Positions 1-10,264 are shown, counted from the first letter of the stretch. The stretch is DNA of 64,000 bases from Burkholderiaceae bacterium (GCA_036560485.1 DATBRC010000065.1:1020-65019), one strand, 5' to 3'. Made by a program: numbers and translations. Notes: generated by a model not told the origin, from the sequence alone.

Positions 1-621
1 CTCCAGGTATACCGTTTCACAAGCGCCATTGCCCGTATCAGTACGAACAATACTGGTGCCACGCTTGAAAGCAAATCCGTGGTTATGCGAGTACTCGGCA
101 AGATAGCCACGAAAATGCACCTGGTCGCCAATCCGCACATCACGCACCTTGCGCGCGAGACGTGGGTCGTCGGTGATCAAGTGATTATTGGAAATCGCCG
201 TTTGATCAAACGCCGCGAATGCTTCGTTGGATGATGTGCTGAAATTACAGGTGAACTGTCCACTGGAAAACGAGATATCCTGGTATGCACCACTGCGCAC
301 GTTATTGCCCCATACGACACAGAGATCTGCGACATTCAGATTGTCATTCCATGCTTTATGAATGTAATCCCACCATGTGGCCGGATCATGCCTGCTCACC
401 ACCATCCCGTATAAATCATATGTGTAAAGCGGTTGAATTTTGTACGTAATGCCGCCTACTGTCGTTTCAATCGCGGGCTGGTGCGTCAACACTTGTGCAG
501 GTTCGACCAGCAATTGTTCGGACAAGCGTTGATGCTCCGGCAAAATATCCTTGCGCCATACAGCGACGATCAGTAGCAACAAGCTACCGATCAGCAAAAA
601 TTTTATGAGGCGATGTGCCAT
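1..621 (-). CDS. Hypothetical membrane-anchored protein (partial; runs off the left edge)
   Basis: Not in the supplied ORF track. My reverse-strand translation from ATG 621..619 gives MAHRLIKFLLIGSLLLLIVAVWRKD... (N-terminal hydrophobic anchor) and stays open for 207 codons to position 1. Confidence 0.5.
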   Translation of the reverse strand, partial: MAHRLIKFLLIGSLLLLIVAVWRKDILPEHQRLSEQLLVEPAQVLTHQPAIETTVGGITYKIQPLYTYDLYGMVVSRHDPATWWDYIHKAWNDNLNVADLCVVWGNNVRSGAYQDISFSSGQFTCNFSTSSNEAFAAFDQTAISNNHLITDDPRLARKVRDVRIGDQVHFRGYLAEYSHNHGFAFKRGTSIVRTDTGNGACETVYLE

Positions 622-646
622 GAATTATTAAAAGCAATCATACCGA

Positions 647-1069
647 TTAGTTCTCAATAACAAATTGCGGATTCCAAGCCACTTCCCACAAATGATCATC
701 AGGATCCTGAAAATATCCTGCGTAACCGCCCCAAAACGTATCGCCGGCTTCCTTGATGATTTTTGCGCCTGCGCTTTTTGCTTGTGTCATCACAGCATTC
801 ACTTCTTCTTTACTGTTGACGTTATGGCCGATGGATAACTCAGTCGCGCTACGCGGTGTTTTTGGCAGGTTGGTGTCATGCGCAAGACTGTCGCGCGGCC
901 ATAGCGCAAGTTTTAATCCTGATTGCAAATCAAAAAATGCAACGGCGCCATGCTCGAATTCTTTTCCGATAATCCCTTCTGTCGGCAAACCTAAACCATC
1001 GCGATAGAAAGCCACTGACTTCTCAAGATCATCCACACCCAATGTGATAAGGGTAATGCGTGGTTTCAT
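647..1069 (-). CDS. VOC / glyoxalase-bleomycin resistance family protein
   Basis: MKPRITLITLGVDDLEKSVAFYRDGLGL... is typical of the VOC fold. I prefer the ATG at 1069..1067, which overlaps the upstream stop in an ATGA coupling, over the longer ORF start at 1138. Confidence 0.8.
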   Translation of the reverse strand: MKPRITLITLGVDDLEKSVAFYRDGLGLPTEGIIGKEFEHGAVAFFDLQSGLKLALWPRDSLAHDTNLPKTPRSATELSIGHNVNSKEEVNAVMTQAKSAGAKIIKEAGDTFWGGYAGYFQDPDDHLWEVAWNPQFVIEN

Positions 1070-1887
1070 GCTGTATCCTTTCGCCATGTTCCAAGAAAGC
1101 GATGCACGCGCTCGTTGACCAAATCCGGAAATTCCCAAAGCGGAAAACCTCCTGCATCAGGAATAACTGCCCGCTGCACATTTGGCAGCTTGGCCGCTAA
1201 TTGATCAGTCATGTGTACGAAATCGGGCAAATCATATTGACCGTTCATCAGCAGCACAGGTATCGGCATTACAGCAGCTTGATCCAGAATCGGCGCAACC
1301 GATTTCGCGATTGATGAATCAAGCCAGGGCGCGCCTGAAAATTGCTCAATCATCTGCCAGTGTTCCTCTGCCCTGCAATGCTTTGGATTGTCGCGCATCA
1401 CCGCAAACCATTCTGCTTTTTCAAACCATTCCTTGCGCGCCATGGCAACACCACATTCACGCGCAGTCGCCTTCGCGCGACCGAGATTATTCGCGATAGA
1501 AGGTGCGCCAACGTCCGGCACCACAGCCCCCTCAAGCACAAGCGAATGAAATCGCTTCACATACCTTGATGCCAATAATAATCCAACGCCGGCACCCGTA
1601 TGTGTACCCCAGAAATGCGTTTTCTCAACACCTGCATCATTCATCGCAGTGAGTACGCTGGCAGCATATTCCTCCAGTCCATATGGTCCGGACATGGACG
1701 CCGATCTTCCATGCCCAGGCAAATCAATTAACAGCAATCGATAATCTTGTTGGAAAGAGTTAATTTGCGCAGAGAAAATATCGCTATGCTGAGAAGCGCC
1801 ATGCACCATGGTGATCCATGGTTTTTCAACATTGTCTGTTGAAATTGTTTTATAGAATGGAACAGAACGATTTTTGTTTTCGTGCAT
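1066..1887 (-). CDS. Alpha/beta hydrolase fold protein
   Basis: 273 aa with HGASQHS...LIDLPGHGRS and a G-T-H-T-G-A-G nucleophile-elbow-like motif. Translationally coupled to the VOC gene. Confidence 0.8.
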   Translation of the reverse strand: MHENKNRSVPFYKTISTDNVEKPWITMVHGASQHSDIFSAQINSFQQDYRLLLIDLPGHGRSASMSGPYGLEEYAASVLTAMNDAGVEKTHFWGTHTGAGVGLLLASRYVKRFHSLVLEGAVVPDVGAPSIANNLGRAKATARECGVAMARKEWFEKAEWFAVMRDNPKHCRAEEHWQMIEQFSGAPWLDSSIAKSVAPILDQAAVMPIPVLLMNGQYDLPDFVHMTDQLAAKLPNVQRAVIPDAGGFPLWEFPDLVNERVHRFLGTWRKDTA

Positions 1888-2088
1888 TATATTTTTATTG
1901 CCATAGGGCTGATAAAAAATTCACTTGCGCGGGAACGACGGTGATTTTTCTTTTGATATCCATTCTGCGTAAACGCTGCGCCATTTGTTTTCAACGAATG
2001 CTTTCATGCTCATCAAATTTTGTGCTCATCCAACGTTGAATAGGAAAGTATCGGTTTGGAAGTGGAATTGGCCAGCACTGTAAACACG

Positions 2089-2874
2089 CTATTGAGATAC
2101 CGGCTTCTCGACCGGCACTTCAGTCACCGGCTCAGGTAACCGTGCCAGTATCATGACTTCGACACGCCGGTTGCGTTGTCTTCCTTCTGGGGTGTCGTTA
2201 CTCGCCACAGGAAATTTAGGCCCATGTCCCACTGCCGTCAAACGCGCTTCCGGAATACCGTCGGCGATAAACAGTCTGACCACACTGCTGGCTCGGACGC
2301 TCGACAATTCCCAATTGGATGGAAATACTGATGTGTTGATCGGGATGCTATCGGTATGTCCTTCCACCTGAATGACATGTGGATCGTCCTTTAGTATCGC
2401 TGCAACTGCGTTAAGGGCTTGTCCGGATTCACTCGTTAATTTCGCCTCGCCCGGTGCGAACAAGACACTGGCATTGATTTCAACGCTGATGCCGCGGCTC
2501 GATTGCGTTACCCTCACCTTGCCTTGATTAACCAAGGGTGCAAGCGCCTTGAGAATATCGCGCGCCACACCTGTCAACTTGTCTTTCTCACGATTCAGGA
2601 GTTCGCTATTTTCCTTTTGCTGTGCAGTTTGCTTTGGCACGATCGCTGGAACCGCAGCACGAATACTGCTTTCTATGGTGGGACGCACGATTGCTTGTGC
2701 TTTGCCGAACGCGGTGCCTAATGCATTGGAGAGCACGCGGTATTTGCCTTCATTGAGCGAAGAGATCGCATACATCACGACAAAAAAAGCAAACAGCAAG
2801 GTGATGAAGTCGGCATACGAGACCAGCCATCGCTCGTGATTCTCATGCTCCTCTTCGAATTTTTTGCGTGCCAT
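2089..2874 (-). CDS. motD: Flagellar stator protein, MotB/OmpA family (MotD-like)
   Basis: N-terminus ...HENHERWLVSYADFITLLFAFFVVMYAISS is the MotB plug/TM signature. C-terminal OmpA-like peptidoglycan-binding region (NRRVEV). Confidence 0.85.
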   Translation of the reverse strand: MARKKFEEEHENHERWLVSYADFITLLFAFFVVMYAISSLNEGKYRVLSNALGTAFGKAQAIVRPTIESSIRAAVPAIVPKQTAQQKENSELLNREKDKLTGVARDILKALAPLVNQGKVRVTQSSRGISVEINASVLFAPGEAKLTSESGQALNAVAAILKDDPHVIQVEGHTDSIPINTSVFPSNWELSSVRASSVVRLFIADGIPEARLTAVGHGPKFPVASNDTPEGRQRNRRVEVMILARLPEPVTEVPVEKPVSQ

Positions 2875-2898
2875 GATGGTCGGGCTATTAATATTTCC

Positions 2899-2962
2899 GT
2901 AATTCGTGACAGCGAATTACGACTGTTCTCACCCTCTCCCTCGGGGAGAGGGTTGGGGTGAG
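2899..2962. repeat. Two adjacent REP-like hairpins in the motC-motD intergenic gap
   Basis: Hairpin 1: gtaattcg(2899-2906)/cgaattac(2913-2920), 8-bp stem. Hairpin 2: ccctctccc(2932-2940)-tcg-gggagaggg(2944-2952), 9-bp stem, extended imperfectly by ctcaccc(2928-2934)/gggtgag(2956-2962). Confidence 0.6.
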
Positions 2963-3022
2963 GGATTGAGCGTTCTGACTGTCATTCATTATGAAACGCT
3001 CAATATGAAATGATACTGCGCT

Positions 3023-3769
3023 CTAGAATTTGCCTTTGTATGCACTGATACGTTCTTCAATGACGCGGGGATTATCGCCGGACGCAATGGCGACCAATGC
3101 CTCTGCAATCATTTCACGCTTGTTCAGCTCTTTCCCCATAATCGATTTCAATTTGTTGGCGATCGGCAGGAACACAAGATTCGCAAGCCCGACGCCATAA
3201 ATCGTTGCGACGAAAGCGACGGCTATGCCGCTTCCCAATCGACTTGGATCTACCAGATTTTCCATCACGTGGATCAACCCGAGCACCGCGCCAAGAATAC
3301 CGATCGTCGGAGAATACCCGCCTGCTGCTTCCCAAATTTTGATCGCCTGACGCTCGCTGCCTTCATGGTTGGATATTTCGCTGTCAAGGATTTCACGGAT
3401 TTTTGCAGAGTCGATTCCATCGATCAGCATCCGCAATCCTTTTGCAATGAATGGATCGGATGCCACTTCCAGATAGCGTTCCAGACTTAGCAAGCCTTCG
3501 CGCCGTCCTGTGACGCTCCATAACCCAATGTCTTGCGCCAGTGCCTGATAGCTGTCCGGTGGACGATTGAAAACCAGGCGAACCATCTTGACGCCATGCA
3601 GAAAATTCGGCATGCCGCTTTGCAGCAGCACGGCGCCAAATGTTCCGACAAAGACGATGATAAAGGCGGCTGGTTGTATCAACGAATCAAGGCGGCCACC
3701 CTCAATGAGTTGGCCGCCCAGGATGCCTGCCAGCGCAAGCGCGAGGCCTGCTAGACTAGCCCAGTCCAC
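3023..3769 (-). CDS. motC: Flagellar stator protein, MotA/PomA family (MotC-like)
   Basis: 248 aa, four hydrophobic segments, MotA/TolQ/ExbB-type sequence. Start overlaps the fliA 3' end by 19 nt. Confidence 0.85.
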   Translation of the reverse strand: MDWASLAGLALALAGILGGQLIEGGRLDSLIQPAAFIIVFVGTFGAVLLQSGMPNFLHGVKMVRLVFNRPPDSYQALAQDIGLWSVTGRREGLLSLERYLEVASDPFIAKGLRMLIDGIDSAKIREILDSEISNHEGSERQAIKIWEAAGGYSPTIGILGAVLGLIHVMENLVDPSRLGSGIAVAFVATIYGVGLANLVFLPIANKLKSIMGKELNKREMIAEALVAIASGDNPRVIEERISAYKGKF

Positions 3770-4482
3770 GCCTTCTCCCTTAAGAACGAGCGAAGCCGTG
3801 CGATCGCCTGGCTATGCAATTGACTGACACGTGATTCGGATACATTCATGATGGCGCCAATTTCCTTCAGATTCATTTCTTGCTCATAGTAGAGACCCAT
3901 CAGGATTTTCTCCCGATCCGGCAATGCGGTAATCGCCTGGATAACGGCTTCACGGAAGCCGCTGTTCATCAAGCTTTGCAACGGATCGTCGGCACGCTCG
4001 GCACAATATCGATCAAGAAAATGCTCGTTGCCATCACCTTCGTGAAAATCTTCGTAATAAATCAGTTGATGCCCGCCGCCTTCGGTCAATAATTCCTGGT
4101 AGTCGGCCAATGACAATTTAAGCTGTGCAGCGACTTCGGTTTCCATCGGAGCACGACCAAGGCGCTGCTGTAATGTATTCATCGCCACCTCGATCTTGCG
4201 CATGTTTTGACGCATGCTGCGCGGCAGCCAGTCGCTGCTGCGCAATTCATCGAGCATCGCGCCGCGTATGCGTTGCACTGCATAGGTCTCAAACTGCGCG
4301 CCATGCGTTTCTTCGTAGCGGCTGACAGCATCCAGCAAACCAATCATGCCCGCCTGGATCAAATCGTCAACTTCGACACTCGGCGGCAACTTGGCTTTCA
4401 ATTGATGCGCAAGACGCTTTACCAAAGGCGCATGCTCGGTCAATAGTGCGTTCTTGTCTGATTTTCCGTTAACCGTGTACAT
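3751..4482 (-). CDS. fliA: Flagellar sigma factor sigma-28 (FliA)
   Basis: 243 aa with regions 2-4 recognisable (DDLIQAGMIGLLDAVSRYE; YYEQEMNLKEIGAIMNVSESRVSQLH). Confidence 0.9.
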   Translation of the reverse strand: MYTVNGKSDKNALLTEHAPLVKRLAHQLKAKLPPSVEVDDLIQAGMIGLLDAVSRYEETHGAQFETYAVQRIRGAMLDELRSSDWLPRSMRQNMRKIEVAMNTLQQRLGRAPMETEVAAQLKLSLADYQELLTEGGGHQLIYYEDFHEGDGNEHFLDRYCAERADDPLQSLMNSGFREAVIQAITALPDREKILMGLYYEQEMNLKEIGAIMNVSESRVSQLHSQAIARLRSFLREKAWTGLV

Positions 4483-4610
4483 TAATTTTTATTCTTCAGA
4501 TTTCTCTGTGGGCCAGGCACTTTACGTTACAGGACAGCATGTACTGTTCCCAAGTGCAACTAACAGTTTAATCCAAGATACCGTATTTGCAGAAAATACA
4601 GACGAAAATT

Positions 4611-5489
4611 TTACCTCCCCGCACTCACTCTTGTTGATGACATACCACGCAGTCCTGCTGCCGGCATTTCAGAAGGCGAACAACGCCCGGCCAGACGTCT
4701 GAATGCAACGGAAGAGACAGCTAAAGGAAACGCGTCGACAACACTGCGGCCCAGATAGCTCGCCTTCTTCAAATGTTCATCTGCCGGTACCGAACCCATT
4801 GAATGCAGTTCGACTGCGAGATAACGGCTCGCTGCCTGCGCCATGTTTTCATAGACGACTTTTGCCTCTTTTTCAGACGCGCCCGTTACCAGTAGATTGA
4901 ATGGATGCTTGCCCAATTTGGCGTTCAGTCTCTTGACAATTGCATAAGCATTTTTGATTGACACGGCACTTGTTGACACTTGAACCACGATTTCACTTTG
5001 CATCATCACTGGAACCGGCAAGGAATCATCGGTGCCAAGTTCTGCATCGACCAGCACAATGTCGGCTTTCTTGGCAAGTGCGCCGAATGCATTCGCCAGT
5101 CGGTTTGACTGGTCGACGCTCTGTGTCATCACACGCGTCGGCCCTCTTGTCAATGTCGCAATGCCGAATCCTTGTTGTACCGTTTGTACAACTTCATGCA
5201 GTGCAGCTTCCTTGCGTGCCACATCCAGCAAGGTCGCCTTGTGCGAAATTCCCAAACGGGAAAATACGCCGCTGGATTTGGTACTGGCATCGACCATGAG
5301 TACATCGCTGCCGGTGCGCACCAACGAAGCACCCAGGTTGATCAGCATCGCACTTTTGTCGTCCGCTGACAGCGCTGATAAAAATGTAAAGATCCGTGGC
5401 TTGGGCCCGGCCAGCATGCGGCGCAAGCCTTCTGCCTGATCTGTCGTTTGGTAGTTAGCCAAGGCGCACCTCGCGCAAGCTGCTGTCAT
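4611..5489 (-). CDS. flhG: FlhG/FleN-like MinD/ParA-family protein with a degenerate P-loop
   Basis: Sits directly after flhF. Shows a MinD/ParA-like fold signature (VLMVDAS, ADIVLVDAELG), but LSALSADDKS replaces the deviant Walker A (GKGGVGKT). Start uncertain. Confidence 0.65.
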   Translation of the reverse strand: MTAACARCALANYQTTDQAEGLRRMLAGPKPRIFTFLSALSADDKSAMLINLGASLVRTGSDVLMVDASTKSSGVFSRLGISHKATLLDVARKEAALHEVVQTVQQGFGIATLTRGPTRVMTQSVDQSNRLANAFGALAKKADIVLVDAELGTDDSLPVPVMMQSEIVVQVSTSAVSIKNAYAIVKRLNAKLGKHPFNLLVTGASEKEAKVVYENMAQAASRYLAVELHSMGSVPADEHLKKASYLGRSVVDAFPLAVSSVAFRRLAGRCSPSEMPAAGLRGMSSTRVSAGR

Positions 5490-6759
5490 TCATGTTACGT
5501 GCTGCGTTGGCGATCACGAGTGGCAATTCTGCGTCTTTCAGTTGGAAAGGCGCCGTTTCCCGTTTCAGCTTGAATGCACGGTCGACCAGATAATCCTTGT
5601 TCGCCACATGCAAGTCTTCCGGCACACGCTGGCCGTTGGCGACATAGTACAGATTCAACTTCTGGCGGATCACGACATCGATCACGCTGCCGACGGTTGC
5701 TGCTTCATCCAGTTTGGTCATGATGCAGCCGGCCAGGCCTGCGCCCTGATAGGCACGCACCACTTCATTCAGTGTTTCTCCGGTCGATGTCGCGCTTAAA
5801 CACAGCAAACGTTTAACGCTGTCGCCTGCACCTGCCAGCATCGCGATCTGTTCCGACACCATTTGATCGCGCTGGCTGACGCCGACTGTGTCGATCAACA
5901 CTGTGTGCTTGTTTTTCAATTCATCCAATGCAATGCGCAGATCGGTTTCATCCTTGACCGAATGCACCATCACGCCGAGGATCTTGCCGTAGATACGCAA
6001 CTGCTCGTAGCCGCCGATACGATAACCATCGGTGGTAATCAACGCGAGCTTGCCGGTGCCGTGACGCATCACGCAACGCGCTGCCAATTTGGCGGTCGTG
6101 GTGGTTTTCCCGACACCGGTAGGACCGACCAGCGCAAACACGCCGCCCTTTTCCAGCATTTCATTTTCGTCATTCATCGCGGATAAATTACGTGCGAGGA
6201 TCGACTTGATCCAATTCATGCCGGTGACTGCAGTCAAACCCGATGGTAATTTCTCTGTCAAATAGCGCGCCAGACTGGCACTGAAACCGGCAGCCAGCAT
6301 TTCACGCAAGACGACCGATTTGATCGGCTCGCGTTGTTGCTGTCCGGTCCATGCGATCTCGGCCAGTTGCGATTCCAGCATGCCGCGCATTGCACGAATT
6401 TCATTCATGACGCTGCTTAATTCCTGCGCGCTAGGCTCGCCGGTATTGTTTGCCTGTTTGGCCATATTTGCATTGCGCGCTACGCCCAATGCTTCCGCGA
6501 GATTGGATGCCTGGTCGTCTTCGCTCTTGCGCTTCTGCATCAGACTTGGCGCAAGTGCAGACAACGTCGATTGAGACAATCCGTTATTCTCGATCGAAGG
6601 TTCCGCCAATGCGGACATATCCTCGCTGGCCAGCGCAAGAATTTCGATCTCGCCATTGACTGTCCGATTGGACAAAATGACTGCATCGGACCCGAGCGCT
6701 TCGCGTACTTTACGCAATGCTTCACGAGAAGAAGTCGCGGTGAATTTTTTGACGTTCAT
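5455..6759 (-). CDS. flhF: Flagellar biosynthesis SRP-type GTPase FlhF
   Basis: GPTGVGKTTTTAKLAA, DTVG and TKLDE G-motifs. ATGA overlap with the flhA stop. Confidence 0.9.
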   Translation of the reverse strand: MNVKKFTATSSREALRKVREALGSDAVILSNRTVNGEIEILALASEDMSALAEPSIENNGLSQSTLSALAPSLMQKRKSEDDQASNLAEALGVARNANMAKQANNTGEPSAQELSSVMNEIRAMRGMLESQLAEIAWTGQQQREPIKSVVLREMLAAGFSASLARYLTEKLPSGLTAVTGMNWIKSILARNLSAMNDENEMLEKGGVFALVGPTGVGKTTTTAKLAARCVMRHGTGKLALITTDGYRIGGYEQLRIYGKILGVMVHSVKDETDLRIALDELKNKHTVLIDTVGVSQRDQMVSEQIAMLAGAGDSVKRLLCLSATSTGETLNEVVRAYQGAGLAGCIMTKLDEAATVGSVIDVVIRQKLNLYYVANGQRVPEDLHVANKDYLVDRAFKLKRETAPFQLKDAELPLVIANAARNMNDSSLREVRLG

Positions 6760-8846
6760 GCTTGGCCTCCAACTAGGCTGGTAACTTTAATCGTTTTTGA
6801 ATCGGGTAATTCTGAATGGGAAAGTACTTTCAATTGCGGTAATGCGCGGCGTAAGAAACGTGCCAGCAATGTGCGCAATTGCGCTGGAACCAGCAACACC
6901 GGCGTCAGGCCCATTTGTTCCTGGCGACGTGCTGCTTGTGCAGTCTGATCGGCCAACGTATCGGCCAAGCCTGGCTCGATACCGGCACCGTCTGGTCCGC
7001 TGGCTTGCAGTGCCTGCGTCAACAAACGCTCCAGCCTGTTATCCAGCGTCATGACCGATAATTCGTTCGATGAACCGTAAATCTGTTGAACAATTGCGCG
7101 GCCGAGCGCGACGCGTACCAATGCTGTCAAGTCGTTTGGATCCTGAACCTGATTGGCGTGCTCGGCGATGGTCTCGATGATGGTGCGCATATCGCGGATA
7201 TGCACGCCTTCCACCAACAGGTTTTGCAGAATTTTTTGCAGTGTTGAAATCGGGATCAATTTCGGAATCAAGTCTTCGATCAGCTTAGGCGATTCCTTAC
7301 CCAAATGATCAAGCAGCTGTTGCACTTCCTGCCGTCCGAGCAATTCGGATGCATGTGTCGTGATCAGATGATTCAAATGCGTCGCGATCACCGTGCCTGC
7401 ATCGACAACGGTATATCCCATCGACTGTGCCTGATCGCGCAAGCTGGCATCGACCCACGTGGCGGGCAGCCCGAAAGCCGGATCGGTTGTCGGCACGCCA
7501 GGCAATGTACCGGTCACCATGCCCGGATTAATTGCCAGGAATTGACCTTGCATCGATTCGCCGCTACCGATCTCGACACCTTTCAAGGTGATGCGATAAG
7601 CAGTAGGCTTCAACTCAAGATTGTCGCGAATGTGAACAGGTGGTGACAGGAATCCGACTTCTTGCGCAAACTTTTTGCGGATGCCTTTAATGCGGCGCAG
7701 CAGTTCTCCGCCCTGTCCTTTATCTACTAATGGGATCAAGCGATAACCGACTTCCAAACCAAGCGTGTCGACTGGAACGATGTCTTGCCATGTTGCCTCT
7801 TCTGCTTCCGTCGTAGGAGCCACAGCTGCTACCGGTTCGGGTACAGGTTCCTCTTTCGCGACTTTCATGCGCTCTGAAATGATGTAACCACCACCAGCCA
7901 ACAACGAGGCAAGAAAAATAAATGCAACATGTGGCATGCCTGGAATGATGCCCATGCCGCCGACAATCCCTGCAGTGATGTACAGCACTTGTGGCTTGGC
8001 AAACAGTTGTGTAACCAACTGACCGCCGATGTCTTGCTCACTGGCGACGCGCGATACGATCACACCGGCAGCGGTGGAAATAATCAAAGATGGAATTTGC
8101 GCAACCAGGCCATCACCGATTGCAAGCAATGTGTAATTTTTCAGTGCGCTGGAAAAATCCAGGTCGTGCTGGATCATGCCGACGATCAGGCCGCCAATGA
8201 TATTGACGACTGTGACGACAATACCGGCAACGGCATCACCACGCACGTATTTGCTGGCACCGTCCATCGCGCCGTAGAATTCCGCTTCTTGTGCAACTTC
8301 GGTACGGCGGCGGCGTGCTTCTTGTTCTGCGATCAAACCGGCATTCAGGTCGGCGTCAATCGCCATTTGTTTTCCCGGCATCGCATCCAACGCGAAGCGT
8401 GCTCCGACTTCAGCGATACGGCCCGCACCTTTTGTCACAACGGTAAAGTTGATGATCGTCAGAATCACGAATACGACGATACCAACCGTGTAATTTCCGC
8501 CGATCAGGAAATGGCCGAAAGCTTCGATCACTTTGCCTGCTGCATCGGGACCGGTATGGCCTTCTGTGAGTACCACGCGTGTCGATGCAACGTTGAGCGA
8601 CAGGCGCAACATGGTGCTGACCAGCAGCACAGCAGGAAACGCCATGAAGTCGAGTGGCTTGATCGTGTACAAGCTGGTCAACAGCACGATGATAGACAGT
8701 GCGATATTGAAGCTGAAGAAAATATCCAGCACAAAGGCTGGTAACGGCAACACCATCATCGACAACATCAAGATGATGAGTATCGGTGCAGCCAAGCCCT
8801 TGGTGCCGAGATTTGTCAACCAGAGTGGTAATTGCAAGCTGTTCAT
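6756..8846 (-). CDS. flhA: Flagellar type III export gate protein FlhA
   Basis: 696 aa with the FHIPEP signature (GDGLVAQIPSLIISTAAG) and a typical cytoplasmic C-domain. Confidence 0.97.
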   Translation of the reverse strand: MNSLQLPLWLTNLGTKGLAAPILIILMLSMMVLPLPAFVLDIFFSFNIALSIIVLLTSLYTIKPLDFMAFPAVLLVSTMLRLSLNVASTRVVLTEGHTGPDAAGKVIEAFGHFLIGGNYTVGIVVFVILTIINFTVVTKGAGRIAEVGARFALDAMPGKQMAIDADLNAGLIAEQEARRRRTEVAQEAEFYGAMDGASKYVRGDAVAGIVVTVVNIIGGLIVGMIQHDLDFSSALKNYTLLAIGDGLVAQIPSLIISTAAGVIVSRVASEQDIGGQLVTQLFAKPQVLYITAGIVGGMGIIPGMPHVAFIFLASLLAGGGYIISERMKVAKEEPVPEPVAAVAPTTEAEEATWQDIVPVDTLGLEVGYRLIPLVDKGQGGELLRRIKGIRKKFAQEVGFLSPPVHIRDNLELKPTAYRITLKGVEIGSGESMQGQFLAINPGMVTGTLPGVPTTDPAFGLPATWVDASLRDQAQSMGYTVVDAGTVIATHLNHLITTHASELLGRQEVQQLLDHLGKESPKLIEDLIPKLIPISTLQKILQNLLVEGVHIRDMRTIIETIAEHANQVQDPNDLTALVRVALGRAIVQQIYGSSNELSVMTLDNRLERLLTQALQASGPDGAGIEPGLADTLADQTAQAARRQEQMGLTPVLLVPAQLRTLLARFLRRALPQLKVLSHSELPDSKTIKVTSLVGGQA

Positions 8847-10027
8847 TGAACTAATCCATTGTCAGGTTGTGCGAGTTGCGCAAATTTTGAAGCAGGATTT
8901 AATGGATCGAGTTGTGGCGGCACATCGATTTCGCCGGGCATTTCCGGACGCATGCCGCCGTGTTTTTTGAACGTGCGAAGCTGGAACACATAAGCCAGCA
9001 CTTCTGCCACCGCTGTGTAAAGCCCTTCCGGAATTTCATCGCCCAATTCTGTATGCCGGTACAACGCACGTGCCAGTGGTGGCGCTTCCAGCAATGGCAC
9101 GTTATTTTCTTTTGCGAGTTCACGGATTTTTGCTGCGACTTCGTCCGCGCCTTTGGCGACAACTTGCGGCGCGCGCATTTTTCCATCTGCATATTTCAAC
9201 GCAACTGCATAGTGCGTCGGGTTGGTCACCACGACGTCTGCAGTTGGCACAGCACTCATCATGCGGCGCTTGGCCATCTCGCGCTGTTGCTGGCGAATCT
9301 TGGCTTTGATTTCAGGATTGCCATCCGATTCTTTTGCTTCTTGGCGCAATTCCTGGCGCGTCATCTTGAGCTTGTTTGCGTAGTGCCACATCTGGTAAGG
9401 CGCATCGATCATCGCAATGATGACAAGACCGCCAACGATGGCGATAAAGCTGGTGAGCATCAGATGTGCGAGATGTGTGGTGCCTGTTTTGGCAGGCTCG
9501 ACGCTGAGTGCAAGTACCGAATTGAGCTGATGCGAAATAACGATCCAGGCGACGATGCCGACCAATAATGTCTTGCCGATTGCCTTGAGCAATTCAACCC
9601 CTGCATTGGCAGAGATCATGTTGCCCAAACCTCTGAATGGACTCAAGCGGGCAAAGTCAGGTTGCAACGCCTTGGCACTAAATAACCAGCCGCCGATCAA
9701 CAGTGGTGAACCGAGCGCCACGACGATTAACAACAACGCAAACGGTGCAAATGCGATCATTAAGTCAACGATGGAAGCGGCGATTTGCGCAAGTTGCGCA
9801 TTGGAGTCAAATGCAGTCTCACGATCGAATGACAAGCCGGATACCAGCGTGCTATTGAGATGATGAACCAATCCATCTCCCAACACCCAGAATCCCAATC
9901 CTGCGGCCATCAAGATCGAGCAGGTTGCCAGTTCGCGCGAGCGAGGGACGTCACCATCCTCGCGCGCCTGCTCCATTCGTCTGGGCGACGCGGCTTCTGT
10001 CTTCTCGAGATCGCTTTCTTCGGCCAT
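8843..10027 (-). CDS. flhB: Flagellar export protein FlhB
   Basis: 394 aa with the NPTH autocleavage site (VVVTNPTHYAVAL). AGGAG lies upstream of the ATG. 4-nt overlap with flhA. Confidence 0.95.
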   Translation of the reverse strand: MAEESDLEKTEAASPRRMEQAREDGDVPRSRELATCSILMAAGLGFWVLGDGLVHHLNSTLVSGLSFDRETAFDSNAQLAQIAASIVDLMIAFAPFALLLIVVALGSPLLIGGWLFSAKALQPDFARLSPFRGLGNMISANAGVELLKAIGKTLLVGIVAWIVISHQLNSVLALSVEPAKTGTTHLAHLMLTSFIAIVGGLVIIAMIDAPYQMWHYANKLKMTRQELRQEAKESDGNPEIKAKIRQQQREMAKRRMMSAVPTADVVVTNPTHYAVALKYADGKMRAPQVVAKGADEVAAKIRELAKENNVPLLEAPPLARALYRHTELGDEIPEGLYTAVAEVLAYVFQLRTFKKHGGMRPEMPGEIDVPPQLDPLNPASKFAQLAQPDNGLVQ

Positions 10028-10264
10028 TGCCGACTCCTTTTTTGATCACATCATGCATTCGACATGACGTATTGAGACCAATTAGGAACGATTATTGTCT
10101 AGAAGGAAGAAATGCTATCGGGGGAATAGGTATGGAAACAGGCCGTAATTCACTTTGCAAGAAGATCACAGCGGCTGGTCTGATGATGTGTGGCGGGATT
10201 TGAATGAATAGCAGAAAAACGCACAAGAATATTTTGTGCAGCGCAATGCAAACTAAATTTAAGA

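Noticed and set aside
10221-10239. Palindrome gcacaa-gaatatt-ttgtgc upstream of flhB as a possible FlhD4C2 box
   Set aside because: It does not resemble the enteric FlhDC box consensus as I remember it, and a 6-bp arm palindrome is expected by chance in this much intergenic DNA.
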